A stretch of DNA of 64,000 nucleotides from positions 64,001 through 128,000 of IMG/VR virus record IMGVR_UViG_3300038530_003085; one strand, given 5' to 3'. Position 1 is the first letter of the stretch. The number at the start of each line of letters is the position of its first letter. The DNA is from a virus. Its lineage: Duplodnaviria; Caudoviricetes. Under the pieces are notes generated by a model that made no database searches, had not been told where the DNA came from, and saw only the letters and a program-made list of their open reading frames with translations. Both the position numbers and the translations under genes were made by a program. Positions 8,225-17,390 of the stretch are shown here, piece after piece.

Positions 8225-11200
8225 TTATCCTAACAATCTAAAATTGTGCCGAATAGAACGAGTGGAAAATCCCCACTGCTCATTGTAGTCAAGCCGGCTC
8301 ATATAAGGTCTGTTGATATGAACTTGATCTTTATCAGGCTTAACTCCCCAGCACCTAATTCTAGTTAGTTCATTGTTTGAGTCAATCGCCTCAATAATCC
8401 AATAAAGTTTACCATTCTTAGTTTTCTTCTCAACAATCTTACGTGGGATAAACCAACAAATTTGCAACTCTTCATCAAATTCAGAGATGGGTGGAATGTA
8501 CTTTTCCTTAAGCTTTTCAATAGTTTCTGTAGAAATAACGAGGTTGATAGGGAAAACACCGATCAGTTCGGTTTTGAACTGGATGATCTCCTCTTCAGAG
8601 AAGTCACCCTCGGGGGCAAAGATATCAATGTTCTCGCTAAATTTCTTCAAGTTCTTAGGACGCTCAACAATACAAGCAGACCAGAAATGTTTACGTCCCG
8701 TAAAACGATCATCTACAATATTGTCTAGTGCACCGCCGCGGCAAAGTGCATCGAGCGCTTTCTTATTGAGTTTGCTATACGAAATATCTTCGCGGAATAG
8801 AAGATCTTCGGCATTCATGAATGGTCTATTTTCCAACACTTGCTCGATGGCTGCCATACCTAGGCCCTTAATCGATGTCAATGGTTGAATAAGTGTTTTA
8901 CCATCGTCACTAATCTCCCAGACAGTACCAGATTTATTAATATCTAAGGCGGCAATCTCGAATCCATATTTCTTGGCAATGTTGATTGCTTTTTCCTTAC
9001 GAGATTCTGGCTCTTTGTCCAAGAAAGCTGCCATCCATTCAGCAGGGTAGTAGTTGAATAGCCAAGCACACTGGTAGGAGATAATTGAATAACTTACGGC
9101 GTGAGACTTATTGAAACCGTATCCAGAGAAATATTCAAACTTATCCCAAAGAGCTTGCGCTTCATCTCGTGGGATCTTCTTGGATACGCATCCATCAATA
9201 AACTTACTATGAAGTTTATTCTTCACTGAGCCTTTACCCGTACCCTTCTTTGTCAACACTTTACGAAGCATATTACCTTCATCAAGTGTTAAGCCGCCAA
9301 GCTTGTGAGCAAGCAGTGCAATCTGTTCTTGAAAGATTAGAAAGCCAAAAGTTTCCTCAGTGATTTCGCGAGCGTCTTCATTTAGATACTGGATATAGTG
9401 TGGGCTTTCCTTTGCCTCAACATATTCGTCGTGTACATTAGCAGCTAGTGGACCCGGACGATAAATAGATGTGATAGCTGACACATCAATGATGTTGGTT
9501 GGCTTCACTCGAGTACAGAACTGTTGTGCTCCGTGCTCTGTGAACTGGAAGATACCTGCCCATTTACCCTTATGAAAGATATTTTTATACACATTCTGAT
9601 CATTCAAATCGATTACATCAGGGTGTAAGTTCTTTTCGTAATATTCGCGCACTTGAGCGAAGGTTGGCTCCTCAACTCCGTGATGACGCTTGAGGATGTG
9701 ATAAATAGCACCTTCCATCATCTTGAGCGTAGAGAGACCGAGTAAGTCGAACTTAATAAATCCCATCGGTTCGAGGTGCCTGACGTTCTGACCTTCAGCC
9801 CACGGAGCCTGACGGACGCCGCCTGAATTAATTAAGGGCATACTCTTATCAAGGTCCTCTGCGATGACCACACCGCCAGCATGTCGAGAACAAGAACGAA
9901 CCTGACCAACCAGACCTTCAACGTGTGTTTTAACCGCTGGATACTTATCAAGGTATGCACGCAATGTTGGCGAGAATTCAATCACCTCTTCCCACGTGGG
10001 ACTATAAACACCGGCTCGAATGCCGTGTTTCTGCTTAGCGGCGGGTGTAGCCTCTCGAATCATAATAGAGGTTACAGTATTAACTTCTGTAAATTCGATG
10101 TTGTACAATTTTGAAATATCTTTGATCAGTGACTTGAGTTGCAGAGTATTCCAATTAGAAATGGGAGCAACACAGTCCTCACCCCACATTTCGACCAGCT
10201 TCTCCTTCAAGGTCATACTATCAGACACATCATAATCGATATCTGGATAGTCTGTTGCGTCTGATCGCAAAAACCGAGAGAACAGCAGTCCGTGTTTAAT
10301 CGGGTCAACTGTTGTGATATTAAGAGCGTATGCAACTAACGAACCTGCAGCAGATCCTCGACCGGGGCCTGTGAGCATCATATCAGTTGCCACATCAACA
10401 ATGGACTTCATTGTTAAGAAATACTTTGAGAATCCTCGGTCATCAATAACGTTGAGTTCTTGACGCAGACGATCGGTATATTCTTTGTTTGTATGAAGTC
10501 CTTTGTCTTTTAGTCCCTCAAGCGCATAGTTTACAAGTGCTTGCGTGGCCGTAAACCCTGCTGGAACGACGAATTCAGGCAAACGAACGGTATTATCCGG
10601 CAAAAACTTTTCAATGCGCTCAAAGGCGATACGGTGCGTTTCTTCAATACTTTGCAAAACCAAGTCATCATCATAATCAAAACCTTGTTCCTTAGAGTAT
10701 TGCTTGTAACTCTCCCACATCTGATCCCCATTCTTAGGGTATAGCTCGTAACCAATCTCTTCGACGCCATCTGGCAACTCTGATTCGCCTTCAGCCCAAG
10801 ATGGAGTGCCTTTGCCAAGCCAACCAAGACGCTTGTAAAGCTCACGGTCCTTCCAAGCGTCAGGGTTGGGGTAATGGCTATCGGCTGTAGAAACCAGTCC
10901 AACGCCAAACTCTTTGGCAACTTGAATTACATATTTGTTCAATTCATGTTGCTCTTTAATATTATTCCACTGGATCTCGGCATACCAGCGATCACCGAAA
11001 ATGTCCACCATACGTGCTGTTGTTTCACGCATAGCTTCAAGCACGGCTTCATCGCCTTCCTCTCGATTTTCCCAGTAGTTACCTGCATACACCCCGCCAA
11101 GACAAGCAGAAGAAGCGATGATGCCCTCATTGTACTTTTCCAATAGCGCATAGTCAATACGTGGGTAGCGGTAAAAATTCTCCGGTTGATATGATTCGGA

Positions 11201-11659
11201 TACCAACTTAAATAGATTGTTCAGCCCAGTTTGATTCTGCGCTAGCAGGACAAGGTGACGCCGGCGACGTAAAATATCTTGAACTTGTTTACTATTGCCC
11301 TCGTCCTCAACGGTAGCGCCAGATTGAGCGTCTTTCTTGATTGAACGGGCGCGCTTCTTGTCTGCCATAGCTTGCTCATAGGCATCGCGCCACTCTGTAA
11401 TGGAGGGAGTGAAATATGCTTCACAACCAAAAATCGGCTTGAACTCTTTACCGGCCTCTTGCATTTTCTTGGCATGCAACACCTGATAAGCTAGCCCGTT
11501 CATATTACCGTGATCTGTTAGTGCTAGTGCTTCACATCCGTTCTCATATGCAAAATCCATATGATCCTGTGGATATCCAATAGCATCAAAGATAGAACCA
11601 GCCACACTGTGCGCGTGCAGTCCTACAAATTTAATTTTAGAGTAAACCCGCTCTGCCAT
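8225..11659 (-). CDS. dnaE: DNA polymerase III alpha subunit (family C)
   Basis: PHP domain LHAHS/ALTDHG/ADSHY; GRGSAAGS; PDIDYD; HAGGVVI; KFDLLGL; YGFNKSHA. Confidence 0.97.
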   Translation of the reverse strand: MAERVYSKIKFVGLHAHSVAGSIFDAIGYPQDHMDFAYENGCEALALTDHGNMNGLAYQVLHAKKMQEAGKEFKPIFGCEAYFTPSITEWRDAYEQAMADKKRARSIKKDAQSGATVEDEGNSKQVQDILRRRRHLVLLAQNQTGLNNLFKLVSESYQPENFYRYPRIDYALLEKYNEGIIASSACLGGVYAGNYWENREEGDEAVLEAMRETTARMVDIFGDRWYAEIQWNNIKEQHELNKYVIQVAKEFGVGLVSTADSHYPNPDAWKDRELYKRLGWLGKGTPSWAEGESELPDGVEEIGYELYPKNGDQMWESYKQYSKEQGFDYDDDLVLQSIEETHRIAFERIEKFLPDNTVRLPEFVVPAGFTATQALVNYALEGLKDKGLHTNKEYTDRLRQELNVIDDRGFSKYFLTMKSIVDVATDMMLTGPGRGSAAGSLVAYALNITTVDPIKHGLLFSRFLRSDATDYPDIDYDVSDSMTLKEKLVEMWGEDCVAPISNWNTLQLKSLIKDISKLYNIEFTEVNTVTSIMIREATPAAKQKHGIRAGVYSPTWEEVIEFSPTLRAYLDKYPAVKTHVEGLVGQVRSCSRHAGGVVIAEDLDKSMPLINSGGVRQAPWAEGQNVRHLEPMGFIKFDLLGLSTLKMMEGAIYHILKRHHGVEEPTFAQVREYYEKNLHPDVIDLNDQNVYKNIFHKGKWAGIFQFTEHGAQQFCTRVKPTNIIDVSAITSIYRPGPLAANVHDEYVEAKESPHYIQYLNEDAREITEETFGFLIFQEQIALLAHKLGGLTLDEGNMLRKVLTKKGTGKGSVKNKLHSKFIDGCVSKKIPRDEAQALWDKFEYFSGYGFNKSHAVSYSIISYQCAWLFNYYPAEWMAAFLDKEPESRKEKAINIAKKYGFEIAALDINKSGTVWEISDDGKTLIQPLTSIKGLGMAAIEQVLENRPFMNAEDLLFREDISYSKLNKKALDALCRGGALDNIVDDRFTGRKHFWSACIVERPKNLKKFSENIDIFAPEGDFSEEEIIQFKTELIGVFPINLVISTETIEKLKEKYIPPISEFDEELQICWFIPRKIVEKKTKNGKLYWIIEAIDSNNELTRIRCWGVKPDKDQVHINRPYMSRLDYNEQWGFSTRSIRHNFRLLG

Positions 11660-11689
11660 ACATCCCTCCTGAAATAAATGTATTTAAAT

Positions 11690-11718
11690 AGTATAATCAA
11701 TATGACCGTACATTGCAA
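11690..11718 (-). promoter_or_regulatory. Sigma70-type promoter TTGCAA-17-TATACT upstream of dnaE
   Basis: Minus strand TTGCAA(11718-11713), 17 nt, TATACT(11695-11690). Confidence 0.65.
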
Positions 11719-11720
11719 GT

Positions 11721-12608
11721 CTAAATTTCTTCAAAAGGAAACTTTTCGTGCGTATGTGGTCTAATCAGTTCTGAATAAGGCTTTTTAATAAGATTATCGG
11801 AGGACATATATTCTTTATACTGTGTCCACTGGTGTGCATCATAAAACCACGGAGTTTCAATCTTCGTCGTCTTGCTGTTCGTCATCACCGAATGGAAAAC
11901 AACGCTCAAAGGGAAGTGGCGAGCCGTCCACCTCTCCTTCAAGGGGAGTTTTTCCGAAGGAAAAGGCTGGTCGGGTGAAGGGGGTAAAAACTCCCTTGTG
12001 GTTTCTCTGTTGATGTGCTTTCTGCATTTTTTAAAATCCTCTCCAAACATTGTAAATGAAAGTGGCAAATCATTTTTAATGTTTTTGTTATTAAATGTAA
12101 AGAAAAAGTTGTTTTTCTTGTCTCGAATTAGTTTTCTATTTTCCCTAACGACCGAAAAATCGAAAAAACCTAACGGAAATGATACATAATACTTATCTGG
12201 CGTTAACCAAGACGATATTTTGTTAGCTGTATGCCAAGCTGTTAACTGGCCACAAAGGACCGACCATCCATAAGAGTCTCTTCTGTCTCTGTCCTTCGGG
12301 TGAATAGGAACGTAGTAAATAGGTATCTCTTTTCTTTCTTGGCTTGAGAATTTTGACATTCTATTGTAATAAACCGGGTCATATATCCAATCACCAACTG
12401 TGTGACGTATAATTGGCGCCATATCATCATTAGCAACAATCCATATTGTGCTACAACCAGCCAGTGCACATTCATACACCGACTTCTGTATGGCGGTGAA
12501 GCCATTGTCAACCGGTAACATAACCTCTGGCAGTGGGTTATCGTGATCTGTTTTAATATTAGCTATGGGGATAATCCCAGCCATATGTAGCCTAAAGCTT
12601 GTTTCCAT
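11721..12608 (-). CDS. Divergent nucleotidyltransferase (NTP-transferase-like) protein
   Basis: MAGIIPIA...LPEVMLPV...ECALAGCSTIWIVA matches the sugar-NTP transferase N-terminus, but GxGTR is absent. Confidence 0.55.
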   Translation of the reverse strand: METSFRLHMAGIIPIANIKTDHDNPLPEVMLPVDNGFTAIQKSVYECALAGCSTIWIVANDDMAPIIRHTVGDWIYDPVYYNRMSKFSSQERKEIPIYYVPIHPKDRDRRDSYGWSVLCGQLTAWHTANKISSWLTPDKYYVSFPLGFFDFSVVRENRKLIRDKKNNFFFTFNNKNIKNDLPLSFTMFGEDFKKCRKHINRETTREFLPPSPDQPFPSEKLPLKERWTARHFPLSVVFHSVMTNSKTTKIETPWFYDAHQWTQYKEYMSSDNLIKKPYSELIRPHTHEKFPFEEI

Positions 12609-13458
12609 TTAGATACTCATAGTTCATCAAAACATCATGATTGATTTGATTTAATAATTTAGACACATCGGAATTAATTTTTTTTATTCGATCATTCTCA
12701 ATCCAATGTGGCTGCTCTATCTTTAATTTTTTGCGTTCAATATTGTGAGCCTTGAAATCATAGTGTCGCGGTGTTCCATTCTTAGTAAAGCCGTTTTGTT
12801 TGCCCCGCATCCCGTTCTCTTTCATAATCGATAATAGCTTAAATCTTGCCATTGTGTTAGTAAATGACGGATCATTCAACTGCTCATAAGTGAGTGTTGA
12901 TAAAACATAAGCATCTTTAACACCAGTATTCCCGCAAATTCTGTCACTTGAGAAAAACCATACTTTGCTAACAAAATCATCGTCTGTCTGGAAGTAGTCG
13001 ATATCGTGTTTGCCACCTGATGTAAAAGCAATTTTATCGTAGACCTTATATCTAACATTTTTGGGCTCCTTTAAATTAATTAATTTGTATGTTTTATTAT
13101 CCCCACCATAAAAACAATTTTTAAATTTTATCTCGCATAATTTTGAATACTCTGTTGAACAAACTAATCTTTCGCCATCATATCTTATTGTATCACAAAT
13201 ATCTGCGAGTGGCAATAGTCCTTGCATAGACAATAGAAAATATAACCTTTCCCACATATCAATCTTTTGTATTCCAAACTTATAAATATTGTTAAAGGAT
13301 TTAAAACTGTTGGAACCGTCATTGTGATAGTCAACAAAGAAATCAAATTGATGTGGCTTGTTTTGCTCTGTGAAGAAAATTGGGTATTGATTGATAAATG
13401 CAAATAATAAAGATTTTAAATCGCTGCCAATCACGATATTATCGTATTCAAACTTCAT
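12592..13458 (-). CDS. Hypothetical protein with a degenerate Rossmann-like N-terminus
   Basis: YDNIVIGSDLKSLLFAF resembles a DVIVIGxG dinucleotide-binding start. Confidence 0.45.
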   Translation of the reverse strand: MKFEYDNIVIGSDLKSLLFAFINQYPIFFTEQNKPHQFDFFVDYHNDGSNSFKSFNNIYKFGIQKIDMWERLYFLLSMQGLLPLADICDTIRYDGERLVCSTEYSKLCEIKFKNCFYGGDNKTYKLINLKEPKNVRYKVYDKIAFTSGGKHDIDYFQTDDDFVSKVWFFSSDRICGNTGVKDAYVLSTLTYEQLNDPSFTNTMARFKLLSIMKENGMRGKQNGFTKNGTPRHYDFKAHNIERKKLKIEQPHWIENDRIKKINSDVSKLLNQINHDVLMNYEYLNGNKL

Positions 13459-13473
13459 TAAAATATTATAACT

Positions 13474-13989
13474 TTAATCCACATAATTTTTATAGAAAAG
13501 TTTCAAACCACTTGAATTATGGCCGCCGGTGTGCCAATTAGAGTTCATTATATGAAAGGGCTGATTGATATGTGGCCAACCAAGAGCGTGTCCTAATTCG
13601 TGCTCAATGACTCTTTCTTTATTAGCAGTTTTAGGAAATACAAATATTTTTGCCTTAACAATTTCTTTTGTTTTGTTTGAGATTGTAATCCTTGTGGAAG
13701 CCAAATGATTTCCAAAGTCAAATTCTTGATTTGGCAACGTTATAATAATCTCACCATATCTGGGCTCACCGCAACTAATACTGTCATCGTATCTAATGTA
13801 ATCAAATTTATAGCCAAGTCTTTCCCAGTATTTTACAGACTGAGAAACACGATAACTATGCACACCAGAATTGTTGCATACTGTTATACCGGGTGCCATC
13901 TGCCATTCGTGCGTGCGAGTCCTCACTATCTCAGCGTAGTTTGCTGACTGTAGTCCCATCATCAGAAATAATAAATTGACAAACATCAT
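13474..13989 (-). CDS. Secreted zinc metallopeptidase (metzincin/matrixin-like)
   Basis: Hydrophobic N-terminal signal; HELGHALGWPH (HExxHxxGxxH) and HIM Met-turn. Confidence 0.85.
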   Translation of the reverse strand: MMFVNLLFLMMGLQSANYAEIVRTRTHEWQMAPGITVCNNSGVHSYRVSQSVKYWERLGYKFDYIRYDDSISCGEPRYGEIIITLPNQEFDFGNHLASTRITISNKTKEIVKAKIFVFPKTANKERVIEHELGHALGWPHINQPFHIMNSNWHTGGHNSSGLKLFYKNYVD

Positions 13990-14906
13990 TCATCTAACAC
14001 CTCACTGGTGCAAGATATTTCATCTAATAGACTTTTTATATCTAAACCGGCACAATCTATCTTTCTTTTACTAACGTGATAATGACTTACAAAGCCAGAG
14101 AACTTGCCATAAGCGACCTGCTGCTCGTATTTAGTTGATGTACTACCAAACTGGTTTAAGGGTGTTTGATACGGGATATTTGTTGCGTGATGAATCGCTT
14201 CCCAAAGTTTCTTTAACGCTTCAAGCTGAACAGGGTAAAACCCAGTAAATGGTTCAAGCTTTTCACCGTGCACCCAAGCATCGTCAATGACAGGGCGTTC
14301 ACCAAAGCCGTGTTTAGTATACCAGTTTTGATATTTTAAATAATAAGCGTTTGATATTTCAACACCGACAGAAGGTCTGTTAGTTCTATTTGAACCAGCA
14401 TGCCAAGCTGCGTGTTGAAGATCCATAGTTTGATAGATAGTTCCATCGTTATCGATAAGAAAATGAACTGATGCTCCTCGTCGATTGAGCACATTTTGAC
14501 AAGATTTAGAGTTTAAGCAGACATCCCAATGATTAACAAAATATCTGATTTGTCTTTTTGGTCGGCCGGAATAATCGTAGTAATTACCAGCCGGTGTCTC
14601 TATCCCACCCTTCTCGGACCACAAGACAAACTTGTCCCAATCAATTGGTACAAAATCACCGTTGTAAACAATATAATTGGAGAAGTGTTTGCTTTCAGGC
14701 TTGTAATTAGTAATTTCGGACTGTCTCTCAGTCCACAGTCTTCTAAATGTCGCAGGTCCGCATAGGCCATCCGCTGTTAGGTTTCTTGCTCTCTGCCATT
14801 TTTTAATTTCTCTGACTAATTTGTCATCAAAATATTTCTCTCCAAACCAAGAAGGTTCCCACCCAAGCTTCTTGGCGGAAGCCTCATTGTAGAAATTCTT
14901 ATCCAT
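13986..14906 (-). CDS. N-acetylmuramoyl-L-alanine amidase with N-terminal peptidoglycan-binding domain (endolysin-like)
   Basis: WQRARNLTADGLCGPAT (PG-binding 1); SVHFLIDNDGTIYQ, AWHAG, SVGVEI, SHYHV (Amidase_2). Confidence 0.88.
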   Translation of the reverse strand: MDKNFYNEASAKKLGWEPSWFGEKYFDDKLVREIKKWQRARNLTADGLCGPATFRRLWTERQSEITNYKPESKHFSNYIVYNGDFVPIDWDKFVLWSEKGGIETPAGNYYDYSGRPKRQIRYFVNHWDVCLNSKSCQNVLNRRGASVHFLIDNDGTIYQTMDLQHAAWHAGSNRTNRPSVGVEISNAYYLKYQNWYTKHGFGERPVIDDAWVHGEKLEPFTGFYPVQLEALKKLWEAIHHATNIPYQTPLNQFGSTSTKYEQQVAYGKFSGFVSHYHVSKRKIDCAGLDIKSLLDEISCTSEVLDE

Positions 14907-14922
14907 TACATATTACTTTATT

Positions 14923-15192
14923 TTATTCAGTAATTCCTATAACATAGTTGTCTAAAATTACATCATAATTAGTACTGCCAATAGTAATTTGCTCTACCAT
15001 CGAGCGATCAATGATGATTTTATTGTTTTGATGCAAATCAAATCTAACATCACTAGCAGCTTTAACTACAGTAACTTCAGAATATCTTTGTTCTTCAGGC
15101 TTGTAATCCTCTGGTAGTAATACAACCGAATTTGTCTCTGTTTGCTTGGGCGGCATTTTAATAAGTATATACCTGTTAACTGGATTAAACAT
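14923..15192 (-). CDS. groS: GroES-like co-chaperonin
   Basis: MFNPVNRYILIK...VVLLPED...EVTVV...ILDNYVIG; 89 aa. Confidence 0.7.
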   Translation of the reverse strand: MFNPVNRYILIKMPPKQTETNSVVLLPEDYKPEEQRYSEVTVVKAASDVRFDLHQNNKIIIDRSMVEQITIGSTNYDVILDNYVIGITE

Positions 15193-15412
15193 ATCCTGTC
15201 TCCTTATGAATTAAGTTTTGTTGTGTAAAGTATTCTTCTTTTGTCAAAAATACATCTTTTCGCTTTGCACAGCGCTTACAGACCATTGTGAGATGTACGT
15301 TTTCACCCAGCATAGTCCTTACAGGGCCACGTGGAACATAGTAGCAACATGTATCTAAATCACCACATTTATCCCTAAGTTCTGCCTTTTTCATCAAATG
15401 ATTAAAATTCAT
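15185..15412 (-). CDS. Small Cys-rich hypothetical protein
   Basis: Start re-called at ATG 15412 with GAGG SD; KC...CC...CKRC. Confidence 0.6.
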   Translation of the reverse strand: MNFNHLMKKAELRDKCGDLDTCCYYVPRGPVRTMLGENVHLTMVCKRCAKRKDVFLTKEEYFTQQNLIHKETGYV

Positions 15413-15422
15413 CAATACCTCT

Positions 15423-17390
15423 TCAGATTTCGCAAGATTCCCCATCACAATACTTTGTGCCAACACCTGCAACGTCAGTTTCAATTCTGTGGATTGGTGT
15501 AATATTTGCGGACATTTCCCTGTATTGTTCTTCGGTGATAGGTTCGTATGGTGCCTGCTCGTATCCAGTATCTTGGTATTTAAGAAATGATACCGCTTTA
15601 AGTCTAGTTTCATACATTTCTAATGCGTTTTTCAATTGCAGTGCTTCATCCTCTCTAAACGTCACAGTAACCGATACTGCATTGTCAGCCCAATAGTTCT
15701 GGTACTGTGCTGCAATCTCTAACTGCTCCCACATACTAACATCTTTCTTTCCTTTTGTAAAGAATTCTTCATGGATCGGAAACTCAACAACGGTTGTATT
15801 CGGTGAGTATTTATCTTTTTCTGTCTTATAGCCTGCTTTTTGTAACTGCGGCACAATAGGAGATGAGTTTGAAAACCTAATACGACGAATGTAGAACTCA
15901 CTCTCTGGGAAGTGTATTCCCGGTGTAGAGCCGTTTAATAGTGATACAGTACCGGAAGGCTTAATTGAGGTCATCTTGATTGATCTAGGTACACACAACC
16001 AATTGGAATATTCAGTATCTAGCTCTCGAACATAGTCGTAAGCATCATCACACCAGTCCATCATAGTGCGACGACCATGCTTGTTAAATGCCTGCACAAT
16101 ACCTGACTGTGAAAGTCCAATGCGGCGATTCTTTAACATCTTGGCATTTGTCTCTGGCCAGTGTGTATTTACAAGCGTGACGGTCTTTCCATATAGATAG
16201 GCACACTTCAATGTCTTAACATAGTCATCATAGTCTTCGTGTTTCGCCGGAAAAGTCTCAACCAGACAACACATTTCAGCATTATGTAGACTTTGCTCCA
16301 CACAAGGATTAAAGCCCATAACCTCTGCATCGTCATAATTGACACCATCCTTCATACGGCCAAATGCCCGGGCGTTTTCAAGCCAAATATATCCCGGCTC
16401 ACCGTTCTTTTGTGATTGTTCAGCATGCCAGTCATAAGTCATCCCAACTTCAGCGTTAAAAGAGTTATTAGAGCCCCAACGATGATGATAAAGCTTTTCT
16501 TGATCATTCTTCATTTCAAGATAACGGATATCATCGTGTTCGCCAATAGCTAAAGCTGCAGAGCGTCGGACATTGCCAGCCACCACGCATCGACCAATCA
16601 AGTTTTCAGTGTCTACAATATCAACAGAGGTGATCGGTTCTCCAATTTTCTCAGAATAAAGAGCTTTCAGATTATCGTGTAATTCAATAAGCGGTTGTGC
16701 ACCTGACGAAGTACCACCAAATCCTAAAATTGGAGCACCCTCTGGCCTGATTGCAGAGTAATCAAATCTAGGTACATTGGAGCCGTGAAAGAAACCATCA
16801 AGCAAGACATGAACAGAATTTACCCACCCTTCACGAGAATCATCAATTACAAGAGTATCATTTGTATATGTTGGTTCTTTGATGGTGATAGTGCCCGCAC
16901 CTTTGGTATCGAAGCCAACACCGACACCGACCATCAATGCATCCATAATCCAAGAAAATATATATCCACCTTTTCGATCTATATCTTGAGTTGAACGAAA
17001 AGCACAATTAAATAAAGCAGCACCCGTCCTCTCTTCAACAAACTTAGTACCCATCATCCATAAACCACGGCCGGGAGGTGTCCACTTAAGATTGAACAAT
17101 CGGTCAAAAGCATCCTTAGCAGTCTTTTGTGCTTTGTTATCATTCCACTCAAGACCAAGACTAACAACGTGCTGTTTTTGAATATGGAACATACCCTCAA
17201 TTACACGGCGACAAGTTTGCCACCACTCCTCAGTTCCAGTGGCGCCGGCTTCAAACTCGCTTAAACGTCTAGCATATGTTCTTTTGAACGTGACGTAACC
17301 AAGCGGGCCCCAAGGCACTTCTGCTGTTTTGTATGGCTCCACAAAGGAGTCGGATAATCTAAATTTTCTAATTGTGTCTAAAGTTCTCAT
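15423..17390 (-). CDS. nrdJ: Class II (B12-dependent, monomeric RTPR-type) ribonucleotide reductase
   Basis: PPGRGLW, LFNCAF, GNVRRSA, FNPCVEQ, CCLVE, TSIKPSGTVS, C-terminal CDGESC. Confidence 0.95.
   Translation of the reverse strand: MRTLDTIRKFRLSDSFVEPYKTAEVPWGPLGYVTFKRTYARRLSEFEAGATGTEEWWQTCRRVIEGMFHIQKQHVVSLGLEWNDNKAQKTAKDAFDRLFNLKWTPPGRGLWMMGTKFVEERTGAALFNCAFRSTQDIDRKGGYIFSWIMDALMVGVGVGFDTKGAGTITIKEPTYTNDTLVIDDSREGWVNSVHVLLDGFFHGSNVPRFDYSAIRPEGAPILGFGGTSSGAQPLIELHDNLKALYSEKIGEPITSVDIVDTENLIGRCVVAGNVRRSAALAIGEHDDIRYLEMKNDQEKLYHHRWGSNNSFNAEVGMTYDWHAEQSQKNGEPGYIWLENARAFGRMKDGVNYDDAEVMGFNPCVEQSLHNAEMCCLVETFPAKHEDYDDYVKTLKCAYLYGKTVTLVNTHWPETNAKMLKNRRIGLSQSGIVQAFNKHGRRTMMDWCDDAYDYVRELDTEYSNWLCVPRSIKMTSIKPSGTVSLLNGSTPGIHFPESEFYIRRIRFSNSSPIVPQLQKAGYKTEKDKYSPNTTVVEFPIHEEFFTKGKKDVSMWEQLEIAAQYQNYWADNAVSVTVTFREDEALQLKNALEMYETRLKAVSFLKYQDTGYEQAPYEPITEEQYREMSANITPIHRIETDVAGVGTKYCDGESCEI

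Noticed and set aside
8225-17390. Inteins or introns in dnaE or nrdJ (terminase and helicase also checked)
   Set aside because: The ORFs are continuous and of normal length, with no intein splice motifs or homing endonuclease seen
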